A stretch of DNA of 64,000 nucleotides from Botryllus schlosseri (Eukaryota), in the NCBI GenBank assembly GCA_051294905.1, contig CM119375.1, positions 26,040,001 through 26,104,000 of the forward strand. The letters are read 5' to 3'. The first letter of the stretch is position 1, and each line of letters opens with the position of its first letter. Shown one piece after another: positions 55,501 to 63,150 of this stretch. A model generated the notes under the pieces. That model was given only the letters and a program-made list of their open reading frames with translations, searched no databases and had not been told where the DNA came from. The translations under genes and the position numbers were made by a program.

Positions 55501-56751
55501 TATCCAGTTCACAATTCAAATACGCTTGAAATGTTTCCTGATTTCTACTGAACTGTTTCCAGAACACTTGGAGATGAGTACATCTCTCTTGCAGCAAAAT
55601 TTGTTCTGGTTGCGAAAATCAACATAAAATGTCCAGTTTTCAAAATTTCAAGGTCCATTTTTAAAACTTGAAAAAAATCAAGTTTTCGAAAATATTTGAA
55701 TTGTTTTTGGCATATCTTGGTCATTGTTACGTCTGCATATGTGTTGCAAAGTTAATGGGAGCCAATATATGGCTAAAATAAGATGAAAACTAGTAAAGTT
55801 AATTTTCTCAAAATTTGTAAAATGGACATAAGTTACTTTGATACCACTGCGACGATATAGTCTTCCCGCAGTATTTTCCGTCGGTGTTGCCTTCTTCCAG
55901 CAGCAGCATACGCAATTCCTTTCTGCTTTTGCAAACCGCATTTTAATGCTAGCGAAATAGTGGAATGTTCCTTCGTCAGCACAGTATGATTCTGAACCTC
56001 TCACCTTTCAAAAGGTTGTCTACTTTATATTTAATACATATCTTCCATTTCCTCCAATAGCTTCATCCTCTCAACGTCAATCGTTGTTGTCAGATTCTTT
56101 TGTGGCCTGTCATAAATCTGAGCTTCGAAGCATTCCGGTCGACTTTATTTTGGAAGTTTACAAGAGCAAGATTTTCAGACACATCCAAGCCATAATAGTG
56201 TTGTCTTGATCGCACATAACACCACGATTTTTTCATCGACCGACCTCATTGTAATGTTGGCAGTGTGCATAGCATTAGCTGGTGACTCCACCAGTAATGC
56301 TGTTGTTATCATCAGTTGGACTCAGTTAGTAATGCTGATTGCTTCACTTCCAACCCTTGATTACCAATTATGAGCTAATTAGCACCAGTATCAATCGTAA
56401 ATGATGACATGATTTTCAAACAGGCACTGTGCTATACGATTTTTGCTGAATTTAAAATAGTTTAATATATATTTTGTTGAAAATTAAATTTTTCACTTCA
56501 ACTTCAGTACGCGACGAACGATCATATCCTGGTGGCACAAGACTACGCCCCAAACCGTCCCGACCATTTGTCCATCCGACGCGGTCAGACCTTGGAAGTG
56601 ATTGACGGGTCTCGCGAAGACGGCATGCTGATGGTGAAAGTGATCTCGGGGTCGCCCGGGTTTGACGTACAACGCTCACAAGCTGCAGCTATGCCCACCC
56701 GGGATCCAAGCCCCATTACGAGCCAAGGACTCATTCCGCTTTCTTGCATAG
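1371..56751 (+). CDS. trio: Trio/Kalirin-family RhoGEF gene, partial: 32 coding exons (Sec14 end, spectrin repeats, DH1, PH1, SH3-1); open at both ends
   Basis: All introns are GT-AG with matching phases, giving one continuous frame of 4948 nt. Hallmark motifs in order: [26 protein letters not shown]; [41 protein letters not shown]; [13 protein letters not shown]; ELLQTER; [21 protein letters not shown]; [21 protein letters not shown]; SRTSQNT; [12 protein letters not shown]. Trio versus Kalirin cannot be resolved. Confidence 0.97.
2850..3400 (-). mobile_element. Possible Gypsy integrase fossil
   Basis: Remnants DYFKTK (3316-3330), LHSSE (about 3050) and RFNR (2902-2913) in order, but spacing is longer than canonical. 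Confidence 0.28.
3493..3625 (+). CDS. trio: Trio exon 2
   Basis: tatag|GCG...TCAG|gtgatc; [32 protein letters not shown]; phase 0-1. Confidence 0.9.
5667..5848 (+). CDS. trio: Trio exon 3 (spectrin)
   Basis: ttccag|GG...AAG|gtatga; GNADFQS...[23 protein letters not shown]; not in the ORF track; phase 1-0. Confidence 0.93.
6200..6800 (-). pseudogene. hAT (ZMYM1/THAP12-like) transposase fossil
   Basis: Minus-strand peptides [10 protein letters not shown] and [28 protein letters not shown]...PVNFIA resemble the NWK and RQGxPLRGHRDD...PGNF motifs. Confidence 0.55.
7170..7292 (+). CDS. trio: Trio exon 4
   Basis: ttctag|ATG...ATG|gtgggt; [20 protein letters not shown]...FATNAM; phase 0-0. Confidence 0.92.
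7681..7830 (+). repeat. Family A MITE arm, solo
   Basis: Near identical to 25212-25360. Confidence 0.9.
8526..8671 (+). CDS. trio: Trio exon 5
   Basis: ttgtag|AGC...AG|gtggga; [24 protein letters not shown]...[12 protein letters not shown]; phase 0-2. Confidence 0.94.
9065..9823. mobile_element. hAT (Charlie-like) MITE
   Basis: Termini CCGTGGTTTTCAACC / GGTGGAGAACCACTG; 8-bp TSD CCATAAGA at 9057-9064 and 9824-9831. Confidence 0.88.
9907..10117 (+). CDS. trio: Trio exon 6
   Basis: attcag|C...GAG|gtgggt; [12 protein letters not shown]...TAEHSE; phase 2-0. Confidence 0.9.
10285..10556 (+). repeat. Minisatellite (GAAACTTAT/GAAAACTTAT)n, left arm
   Basis: Roughly 28 tandem 9/10-nt units. Confidence 0.97.
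11483..11998. mobile_element. hAT MITE nested in the foldback element
   Basis: Termini TAGGGGTGGGCAA / TTCCCAGCCCTA, subterminal TCGA-rich motifs; 8-bp TSD ATCACGAC at 11475-11482 and 11999-12006. Confidence 0.9.
12890..13014 (+). repeat. Family A MITE arm inside the foldback element
   Basis: CTGACGATTACCCCTGACG...CAGCCGAAAATAATCGGGTTCATTTCAA...CCAAGAGCTCTT. Confidence 0.8.
13018..13448 (-). repeat. Minisatellite (ATAAGTTT(T)C)n, right arm
   Basis: Roughly 45 units, reverse complement of the left array, with ATAAGTCTC variants and a higher-order duplication starting near 13051 and 13184. Confidence 0.97.
13629..13766 (+). CDS. trio: Trio exon 7
   Basis: ttgcag|GTC...GAG|gtagac; [18 protein letters not shown]...VMDLVHE; phase 0-0. 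Confidence 0.9.
14202..14303 (+). CDS. trio: Trio exon 8
   Basis: tttcag|GTG...CAG|gttatc; [16 protein letters not shown]...VYEQDVEQ; phase 0-0. Confidence 0.92.
14667..14789 (+). CDS. trio: Trio exon 9
   Basis: catcag|GTT...CAG|gtattg; [26 protein letters not shown]...EDVAQ; phase 0-0. Confidence 0.95.
16809..17153. mobile_element. hAT MITE (TAGGGTTGCCA type)
   Basis: Termini TAGGGTTGCCAT / ATCGTAACACTA, AGGAC repeats near the right end; 8-bp TSD GGTTAGGG at 16801-16808 and 17154-17161. Confidence 0.8.
17775..17890 (-). repeat. Family A arm, degenerate
   Basis: TTGGAGGTACAGAACTTCAATATA...TTTTCGGCTGACACTC. Confidence 0.7.
18197..18670. mobile_element. Degenerate relative of the hAT MITE at 11483
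   Basis: Shares GAGTGATTCG..GAGTATCAC.ATTATGACG and GTATCGAAACTATAATT blocks; ends GCCCACCTCTA; TSD not preserved. Confidence 0.65.
20628..20895. repeat. Family A, two degenerate arms tail-to-tail
   Basis: GACGAGTGTCAGCCGAAAATATTCGGG then inverted CTGACACTCGTCAGCAACCAGTAGAG. Confidence 0.7.
22650..23620 (-). mobile_element. Possible decayed L1/Tx1-type ORF2
   Basis: Faint remnants ([18 protein letters not shown]; [14 protein letters not shown]; RNPIS) in the expected order; heavily stopped. Confidence 0.3.
24979..25397. mobile_element. Family A long-TIR MITE forming a perfect hairpin
   Basis: 24979-25125 is the exact reverse complement of 25212-25358 (147 bp); the right arm extends to CTCTTCAA at 25397. 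Confidence 0.92.
26626..26712 (+). CDS. trio: Trio exon 10 (after an 11.8-kb intron)
   Basis: ttttag|AAC...CAG|gtttgg; [29 protein letters not shown]; phase 0-0. Confidence 0.95.
27782..27886 (+). CDS. trio: Trio exon 11
   Basis: tcctag|GTT...GAG|gtttgt; [35 protein letters not shown]; phase 0-0. Confidence 0.95.
28675..28844 (+). CDS. trio: Trio exon 12
   Basis: tttcag|CTT...AA|gtgaga; [12 protein letters not shown]...[11 protein letters not shown]; phase 0-2. Confidence 0.9.
31162..31512 (-). pseudogene. hAT transposase C-terminal fossil
   Basis: [32 protein letters not shown] resembles the PTSAxVERSFS...KDR..LPEN dimerization motif. Confidence 0.65.
31850..32069 (+). CDS. trio: Trio exon 13
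   Basis: tgacag|A...GAT|gtatgt; Ser-rich stretch then [13 protein letters not shown]...[13 protein letters not shown]; a second in-frame AG 21 nt upstream (exon start 31829) is possible; phase 2-0. Confidence 0.88.
32730..32925 (+). CDS. trio: Trio exon 14
   Basis: attcag|ATG...TCAG|gtatct; [14 protein letters not shown]...FENS; phase 0-1. Confidence 0.88.
33056..33222 (+). CDS. trio: Trio exon 15
   Basis: ttgcag|AC...CAG|gttagt; [18 protein letters not shown]...QQVSQ; phase 1-0. Confidence 0.88.
34227..34346 (+). CDS. trio: Trio exon 16
   Basis: tggcag|GTG...GAG|gtggag; [12 protein letters not shown]...RAIE; divergent but positionally equivalent to VLGWIRNG...HAIE; phase 0-0. Confidence 0.8.
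34598..35075. mobile_element. pogo/Tigger-like MITE
   Basis: Termini CCGTAATTTTCTATGTATAATACGCAC / GTGCGTATTATACGCGGAAAATTACAG followed by TA. Confidence 0.7.
35095..35531. mobile_element. Degenerate GACTC-rich hAT-like MITE
   Basis: CAGGGTTGTAAC / GTACAAGTCCTG termini, many GAGTC/GACTC motifs; no TSD seen. Confidence 0.5.
35841..36080 (+). CDS. trio: Trio exon 17
   Basis: tttcag|GAG...GAG|gtacag; [17 protein letters not shown]...[19 protein letters not shown]; phase 0-0. Confidence 0.92.
36095..36230 (+). repeat. Family B interspersed repeat (CTAATT-rich)
   Basis: CTAATTAGAGCGAAATTCTGG...GAAATGTTTCTTTGCTTT...CTGGTTTTCCG; related copies near 12415-12640, 13825-13990, 14050-14170 (reverse), 33825-33990 and 62340-62475. 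Confidence 0.7.
36238..36798 (+). mobile_element. hAT deletion derivative with transposase C-terminal remnant
   Basis: Termini CAGGGGCAC / CCGCCCCTG; 8-bp TSD CGCTACAG at 36230-36237 and 36799-36806; internal [18 protein letters not shown] resembles the FGSTYxCEQxFSxMK motif of the hAT dimerization domain. Confidence 0.88.
38500..38611 (+). CDS. trio: Trio exon 18
   Basis: ttgcag|GTC...G|gtaaga; [14 protein letters not shown]...KTVI; phase 0-1. Confidence 0.92.
39658..39852 (+). CDS. trio: Trio exon 19
   Basis: attcag|AT...C|gtgagt; [23 protein letters not shown]; phase 1-1. Confidence 0.92.
39906..40356 (-). mobile_element. hAT derivative with dimerization-domain remnant
   Basis: Termini TGGGGTGGGCAAATTCGA / TCGATTTTTCCAGACCTA; minus-strand ICSERV...IPQNVNQ resembles the SERVFS...PENV motif; no clean TSD. 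Confidence 0.6.
42411..42551 (+). CDS. trio: Trio exon 20
   Basis: cttcag|GC...G|gtaaag; [21 protein letters not shown]...LDWVQDE; phase 1-1. Confidence 0.94.
42578..42819. mobile_element. hAT MITE 26 bp downstream of the exon 20 donor
   Basis: Termini CGGTGTTGGGA / TCCAAAACTG, GACTCGAGTC motifs; 8-bp TSD GTCCTTTG at 42570-42577 and 42820-42827. Confidence 0.88.
43121..43361. mobile_element. Family A MITE, internally deleted palindromic copy
   Basis: Same arm sequence (GGCTGACACTCGTC...CTAGTAGAGAA) in inverted orientation around a short centre. Confidence 0.85.
43743..43840 (+). CDS. trio: Trio exon 21
   Basis: ttccag|GT...AGA|gtaagc; [32 protein letters not shown]; phase 1-0. Confidence 0.88.
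44678..44787 (+). CDS. trio: Trio exon 22
   Basis: ttttag|GAA...AG|gtacgt; [13 protein letters not shown]...AKAVDV; phase 0-2. Confidence 0.88.
45588..45903. mobile_element. hAT (Charlie-like) MITE
   Basis: Termini CATTGGTTTTTAA / TTGAAGAACCACTG; flanks TTTTAGAT / ATTTAGAT (TSD with one mismatch). Confidence 0.72.
46145..46263 (+). CDS. trio: Trio exon 23 (end of spectrin rod)
   Basis: cggcag|A...G|gtaata; [20 protein letters not shown]; phase 2-1. Confidence 0.9.
46382..46577 (+). CDS. trio: Trio exon 24 (linker and start of DH1)
   Basis: ttacag|cag| tandem acceptor (start 46382 or 46385)...AT|gtgaga; [24 protein letters not shown]; phase 1-2. Confidence 0.92.
47536..47673 (+). CDS. trio: Trio exon 25 (DH1)
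   Basis: ttacag|T...AG|gtaatc; YVKDLADCI...[17 protein letters not shown]; phase 2-2. Confidence 0.95.
48619..48748 (+). CDS. trio: Trio exon 26 (DH1)
   Basis: ttgcag|C...CAG|gtatgc; [23 protein letters not shown]...CKNKPDSQQ; phase 2-0. Confidence 0.96.
49352..50054 (+). pseudogene. THAP zinc-finger ORF (transposase N-terminus), interrupted and frameshifted
   Basis: [10 protein letters not shown]...FHSFPSN...RKAW...FICS [241-bp insert] YYFCKEDF ... frameshift ... RLKRVAIPS gives the C2CH THAP layout with P, W and an AVPT-like box; the His is replaced by Tyr. Confidence 0.8.
49521..49761 (+). mobile_element. 5'-truncated non-LTR retroelement 3' end
   Basis: 10-bp TSD ATTTGCTCCT at 49511-49520 and 49762-49771; ends in a (TAA)n-like tail TTATAATAATAATGATAATA. 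Confidence 0.8.
51957..52250 (+). CDS. trio: Trio exon 27 (DH1 end, PH1 start)
   Basis: gttcag|CTT...CAG|gtaagg; [25 protein letters not shown]...RKANDALH...QDVFQ; phase 0-0. Confidence 0.97.
52320..52850. repeat. Degenerate family C copy
   Basis: CACCGTAAATACTA core and AGGTAACCTTACAAT...GTAGCCAGTA...GCCCTA end shared with 62477-63150. Confidence 0.6.
52998..53132 (+). CDS. trio: Trio exon 28 (PH1)
   Basis: attcag|GTC...CCT|gtgagt; [16 protein letters not shown]...KSKYQFK; phase 0-0. Confidence 0.95.
54079..54201 (+). CDS. trio: Trio exon 29 (PH1)
   Basis: gttcag|GCG...GAG|gtgggt; [21 protein letters not shown]...[10 protein letters not shown]; phase 0-0. Confidence 0.94.
54874..54983 (+). 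CDS. trio: Trio exon 30 (PH1 end)
   Basis: caacag|GAC...AG|gtaacg; [12 protein letters not shown]; phase 0-2. Confidence 0.93.
55267..55384 (+). CDS. trio: Trio exon 31 (PH1-SH3 linker)
   Basis: attcag|A...CGG|gtgagt; [20 protein letters not shown]; phase 2-0. Confidence 0.92.
56508..56751 (+). CDS. trio: Trio exon 32 (SH3-1 with insertion)
   Basis: cttcag|TAC...G|gtgagt; VAQDYAP...[12 protein letters not shown]...QGLIPLSCI; phase 0-1. Confidence 0.92.
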
Positions 56752-59700
56752 GTGAGTTTTTTTTCTCCAAGTTCTTGCACGGTTGCACTATTTGTTTGAA
56801 ATCTTCAACATTGCCACCGACAACTGTGATAAAATCCAAGCTGCGTGCATTTGGTTCCAAGCTACCTGTTTTGTGAATCTGCTTCAATACATCGTCAGAG
56901 TGATTCTCTACCTTTTCAGCGTGCGGTCCAGTAATATTTCAAAACAAACGTTGTAAACCAGGCAGCTTGCAACAATGAAAATCAACCCAAAATGTGATTA
57001 CGACAAAAAGTATGCAATTCAAAACATTGAATTAGATCTTACATTGAATGAGAAATTTGCAGCCTTGTTAATAATGATACATCTGCTAAGTGTGGTTCCG
57101 TTGAAGTTTCATTCAGCAAGGCAAAATACGGTTATAATTCTATTTTTAGCTTTGGGTTTCTTCAGAAACAAATGCGATTTAGGTGACCAGCGCAAGCGTC
57201 AGAAAATGAAATTGATATACGTTTTGCGGATCGCCTGCAAAGCTGTAACTGTTTGAGAACCACCTCCATTTCTGCCTCTACTTAACTTTTCGATTGTCTG
57301 TAAAGAGCTTTGTTTGGTACAAAAACACACAGTGTCAAAGTTGTAACCAATAATGCAGTAACCAACTGATGTGCGCAGTGTTATTTTCTTAAGCACACTG
57401 GTATTTGAGGGCGCTTTGCATGATGACTCGTTTGACATGCTGTATGCACAAGTATACTCCGGTAGTTCTGTTACTCAACAAGTTTTGAACGCCAGTAGAT
57501 GCCAAGGTAAGGTTTTTGTCCTCGGGAGTTGTCAGACACCAAGCTGGAAGAAATGATATTGTGATCTCCATTCGAATATATTTATTAGAAGTAATGTAAT
57601 TGTCAGCCTGTACCGGTCTACGTGACCAGAAGTACACAGATTGAAGACGGAACTTTAGGTCAAGTATCTTGGGCAATGACCTGCGCCCAAATATGGAAAC
57701 GGAAGCTGCCAGCATCCAACCAGGTTGCTTCACTTCGATTATATGTTGATGGTAAACGTTTTCTAATGAAGGTTTCACGGCGGTATGCTGTTATATATTT
57801 CAATATCCTCACACACTCTTATACCCTAACGATATTCTATGACTTGCAGCAATATCGCTGCATAGTTGCTCATTAAAAAGACAGTATTGATTTATGCAGC
57901 TCGATATTTTTGATGATTTGTTTACACGCCTAACAGCTTTTATCAGGCTGTTGATCTAGCCTAACAGGTGTCGCGATCCTCAAATGCACTATGACATGCA
58001 AAATCTGCACTTGTGATGCATGAATTTACTTCACCAGATATTAGTTTTTCACTCGAGACCATTTGAATCGTGGCGGTTATTTGCAGACATGGACTGAAAT
58101 TATTTTGCCTTGTACTGCTGTATGGTAGTGCAGAATGCCTTTGTGTTTATACGTATCACATCAAATTTTAAATTTATTCAGAAGTATGAAACGTATTTTT
58201 CTGCATTGTGTCGTAAAAAGAATTTAGGCGTACGTCACAATGTTGCACGTTTTGTACGAAACTGTTTAAAATTGACAACTCGTTTCGGGCCAGTTATATG
58301 TGAAAGCTATACGGAGACTTTTAAACGAACTTTTTGACAGTGCAATTAAGCGTCTCTTGACAGTGTAATAGTGGCTATGGCAGGCAAAAAAGTCGTATTT
58401 CTTTCAAACCATACAGAACAATCACAGGATAGTGGTATTTACTATTTAACATGACTACGCAAGCTTCGCCTTGCAGAAACTTCAATAGAGCCGCATATAT
58501 TCTGTCAAAAAGACAGCCTTAAAAGATGTTACCAACATTACATTCAGTAGCGTCGCAATTCAATTTTGAGGTCAAAAAGTTTGAAGACCATTGTTGCAGT
58601 GTGCGTTTGCAGAGAACATTTGTGTAGAAAAGTATCTTGCTAAAACGTATCTTCCTTATCTCCTTATCTTATCTCCTGCGTCTTCAGAACTTGATCATTC
58701 GTGATGCGTACATTAACTTCCGTGTATCCGCAGCAGAATGGTTACAGTTAATGAATCATATTCGCATCTTTTCAGCAATTTATTATTCAATACAATCGCC
58801 TCATGATTAGTACTTTTGAAATCTGTGAACATCATTCTAGAGTCTATAGAAATTCAGCAAGGAATCCGATTGAATGTACACTAATCTAAACGACCACAAT
58901 GACTATCTGAAGAAGCATAACAGTCGTGACGGGGTGATGTCGTTTGCCACTTGATTCTGCTTACGCTTTATCAATTATGATAACATGTGCGCCATTGTAA
59001 ATAGGATATTGCGACGATGTGCGGCGATGTTTTGAATTGGATAGTCAAAATATGTGGGGCGGTCTGTCGATTAGGTTTTGTTTCCTACGGTATTTTTTCG
59101 CCCGATAAGTATGCGGTCGCACGATTTGGCGCTAAACGCTGCTGGTGTAAGCAGTTGACTGCAGAGCAGACAAAAGTCTGTCTCGTCGCATCGTCGGACT
59201 TTTCTCTCGTTATTTTAGCGGGTCGAAACGATTGCCGAGCGTGGCGAAGCGATAGACGAATAATTTTACTTTAGCGGTTCAATGTGTAAGCGAGAGGATC
59301 AGGCCAAGTTTGTGTGCGGGGGTTCTGCCCGCTTGTGATATGAGCTAGTCTGGTCAGCTGTGGAAGCCGGGTTGTTGCGCGGCGCGATTTCGAATGCAAT
59401 GCGTTGAATCTTGGCCTTGATAGTCTGACCAACCTTAGTACTACAGAAATGAATTTTTGCATGGCCAACATTTCGCCTTCATCCGTGAATAACAGAATAT
59501 CACCACATGATTACGAGTGTCGCCTGGGAAATGCCGTCAATCCCGCAAACGCTATGGTTACTATCATTAATTAAGTAAGTTGCTCGCGGGACGGAATTTG
59601 AATACTGCAACGAACCATAGCAGTACATTTATTCGCTTCAAGTTTTTCAACTTGCTGTCAGTGGGAGCTTGCAAAGACCATCGGTAAATGCGGGGATTCT

Positions 59701-62476
59701 AACTCAATATTTTAGGATGATATAGACTTCGCGTCGTAATCTCCGCCATTCCTGCGTCGCAACCGCTACTCATATTTGAATTTAAACCCACACTATCTGC
59801 ATTTACCGATAATATGTCAGTTGAAAAGCTTGAAGTGGATTTATGTACCAATATGAACGTTTTGTTTGTTGCAAATTACCGTGCATACTCGTACACATTT
59901 GTAGAGTGAAGTCACGAAATCTGCCCATCGCTCTGAAAATACTCCAGCATTTCAAAACTTCGCGGATGTAATCTCTTGGGCGGCATATATCATGAACGAA
60001 TTCCCGCCTGATAGCTTGGCGGGGGCGTGAATGCATTCTGCTAACGTGTGTAGCCGTGATGCAACAGCGTTTCGATTCCGTCTCAGTCAATGTATGATTC
60101 ATTTGTATCCGGTAAATGAAAGTCGATTTACCCATATTTGTTAGCGTGCCGGCAACAGATTTCGCGTGCGTTTGAAGCCAAGTATAAATCTCAACCGTGA
60201 GCGGAATATCGGATGTTAACTTGACGCTCCAATTTAAAAAAGGATATGTGAATGTTTTTCTTTCTATTGTATCTGAGGCTAGGCTTTTATCAGGCGAGAT
60301 ATGTGTTAAATTACGGTATCGGCCTTTGTTTACTATTGTCTCACGTGGGGACGTAGTTGACGTTCATAGTCCAGTGTAAACGCGACCATTGGCCTGTCGG
60401 ACGTAGCGTGGTTTACTTCTGGCGTACCTTCGACTTTGTAAATATTGGTTTATCGAGTTCTTTCAGTTTTCGCAAAGGACACGCGGCCTTTTTCTGTTGT
60501 CATTGTTTGAGCTGTTTTGCAATCCTGGAGATTGCACGGGGGGTCTTGATCCTGCTCCCCTATTATGCGCAGAGTATTTTATGGAGAGTTGGAGAATGGA
60601 TAACTAATGAATTTTCCGCATTTCCAAATTACATTGGAATTGGAATTGGAATGATAGCTCCGCAGTTTTCCTCCAATTTTAATAGAATTAGAATGACTGA
60701 ATCAGCGAAAACTTTGAAACTTATTTATATTCCGTATTAGAGAGAAATACAACAAAAATTAAGTGGAGTTGGTATGAAATCGGAGGGCATCCTCATAAGC
60801 AAAGGAGAATGGCAAATGTATGTACTGTACATTGTACAGCACACAGAGGCAGGCTTGTTTCGCACGATACAGTTCTACCTTAGCATTTTCAGGAAAACCA
60901 AAAATTCCTTAAAATAATATTACCGGCATGTCACTGTAATTAGTCTTAGAATTAAGCAACTGGAATTATCTGTCCATGTGTGTTTTTGGGTCCATTAGCC
61001 TGCATTTTTCACTGCGTAGTAGCGAATTATAATATTTCACGGCTGACTTGTCGATGATGCACGAGCTAGCGCGTAAAATGCCGATGGTGGGTGAGATAAT
61101 TTTTGACAAATTCGCGGTATAATGGCGATTGATGAGCTTAGCGGAGCAGGTGTTCGTTACTTGCGTGTTATGTTGCCTGCATTCGATATTTTGTAGCGTT
61201 ACGTTTGCGATGTGGGCAATACATGACAACGCTAGCGTATAGTGTTTCGTTTCATATTGATTCCCGTATTTTACGCACCAGTAGACTTTTAATACGAAGG
61301 TTTCGCGTGCGGTATTTCATACCTGGCGTTCTTAGCTTACCCAAGGGCTGGATCTTCCCGCAAAATGACCGCGAACGGATTATATTGTTATAATGTGAAG
61401 TTCTCTCGATGATAAACTGAGGAAGAATGTCAAGTTATAGAAGCCCGTATACGATGATTGTTACCAAATATCATGGTATTTTGTGTGCATTCCTTGACCT
61501 TACATATTTCTCCTAATTTGCGTGCCTACCGCACGCCGGTCGCTTGCTGAACAAATACATAGCGAAGACGGGGCTTGCGATAAAGAAGTCACCAAAATTT
61601 AAGTAGTGAAGACAATTTGCCTAGGTTGCTTCTTTGCATCCGTAAAACAATGATTGTCTGATTGGCTCGGAGCTGCATGCATATTGTACATTGCATAAAT
61701 GCAATAGACGTCTATCGTAGACTGACAAAACGGCCTATGTTGTTGTCGGTTGTCGTATTTGCAAATGCAGAAATATAAGTGTGGGCCGCGAATGAAACTA
61801 GCACCCATTAAAATGTAAAAAGCATCTCTAACCGTTGGCAACCTGATCATCCGGCTAAATTACGGTTCGCTCTCGCGATTACGTCGCTGGAAAATGACTA
61901 TCAGGTCTTCAGCAGCTACAATTGTGTTACGGGCCGCATCCATCAATGTCACCCGATTGAGGCCGCCCAAGGTATTCTCGGCATGGTATTGTGCAAATTT
62001 GCTGAACACCACGTTACTTGCTCCCGACCTGAGCTGAATTCTAGAATTTCGCGAATGTTTGTCGTTACCGGCATTCGAGTGTTTACAAGTCCGTCATGCG
62101 CCCGCGCTGATGCGGACTAGACGCGACACGATGCGTTAATTCGGCGTTTTTGTTTCGTCAGCCCTTTGACCGGATAGTTTAGGGTGCTGCGAATAATCAG
62201 GAAGCAGGTCACGATTCACGAAGTCGGTAGTGTCTCGGGCTAGAATGATGCGGATTTGCATAATTCGGACTTCATTCCGTGGAAAGTTACAGTTCGAGTA
62301 TTTTCTAATGCTGATTATGTCAGCCTTTGATAACTAAGTAATTCTATTTGCCGAATTAGACTAATTAGTGCGAGATGCCAGGAATCTAGTTGTAATTTAA
62401 TTTGTGAAATGTTTCTACGCTCTCATTTCAATTATAATCTAATTTCTAGTTTGCTGGTAATGCTGCAATAGAACTG

Positions 62477-63150
62477 AACGTTAGGGCTCTTCAAAAATGA
62501 CTTTTTTTCTTAAATCATACTGGCTACTTGATAAAATTGTTAGGTTACCTAATTCAAGCCTGCACACAAAATTTGGTTCTATTCCAGCCAGTAACCACTT
62601 TGCTACAGGAGAAGAAAGTTTCTACTTATTATATAAAAATAAATAATAAAAAATTTGAAAATTTTCTCTTCACCCCATGAAAGTGTTAGGCTGTCTATAG
62701 AAACGATGCTCACCAAATTTGGTTCAATTGCAACCACTGGAAGCGGAGTTATTGTCGTCGAAAAATTTGGATTATGAATAAAATAGTATTTACGGTGACC
62801 GATCCTTTGTTTATTTATTATAGTTGTGCTCACCGTAAATACTATTATATTCAAATCAAAATTTTTCGACGGCAATAACTCCGTTTCCACTGGTTGGAAT
62901 TGAACCAAATTTGGTGAGGATCGTTTCTATAGACAGCCTAACACTTTCATGGGGTGAACAGAAAATTTTCAAATTTTTTATTATTTATTTTTATATAATA
63001 AGTAGAAACTTTCTTCTCCTGTAGCAAAGCGGTTACTGGCTGGAATTGAACCAAATTTTGTGTGTATGCTTGAATTAGGTAACCTAACAATCTTATCGAG
63101 TAGCCAGTACGATTTGAGAAAAAAAGTCATTTCTGAAGAGCCCTAATGTT
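62477..63150. mobile_element. Family C palindromic MITE (about 320-bp arms, about 32-bp loop)
   Basis: 62477-62797 is the near-perfect reverse complement of 62830-63150; CCAAATTTGGT motifs; related pieces near 1741-1800, 36915-37240, 48235-48520 and 52320-52850. Confidence 0.9.

Noticed and set aside
55678-56004. Cys-cluster ORF ([10 protein letters not shown]) as a piggyBac C-terminal remnant
   Set aside because: Only one motif-like patch; no TTAA-flanked termini or DDD domain seen.
1371-56751. U12-type or GC-AG introns
   Set aside because: All 31 inferred introns are ordinary GT-AG without the ATATCC/GTATCC U12 donor signature.
57607-57751. Phase 0-1 open segment that could be mutually exclusive with the SH3 exon
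   Set aside because: No SH3 or Trio similarity and a weak acceptor; likely chance.
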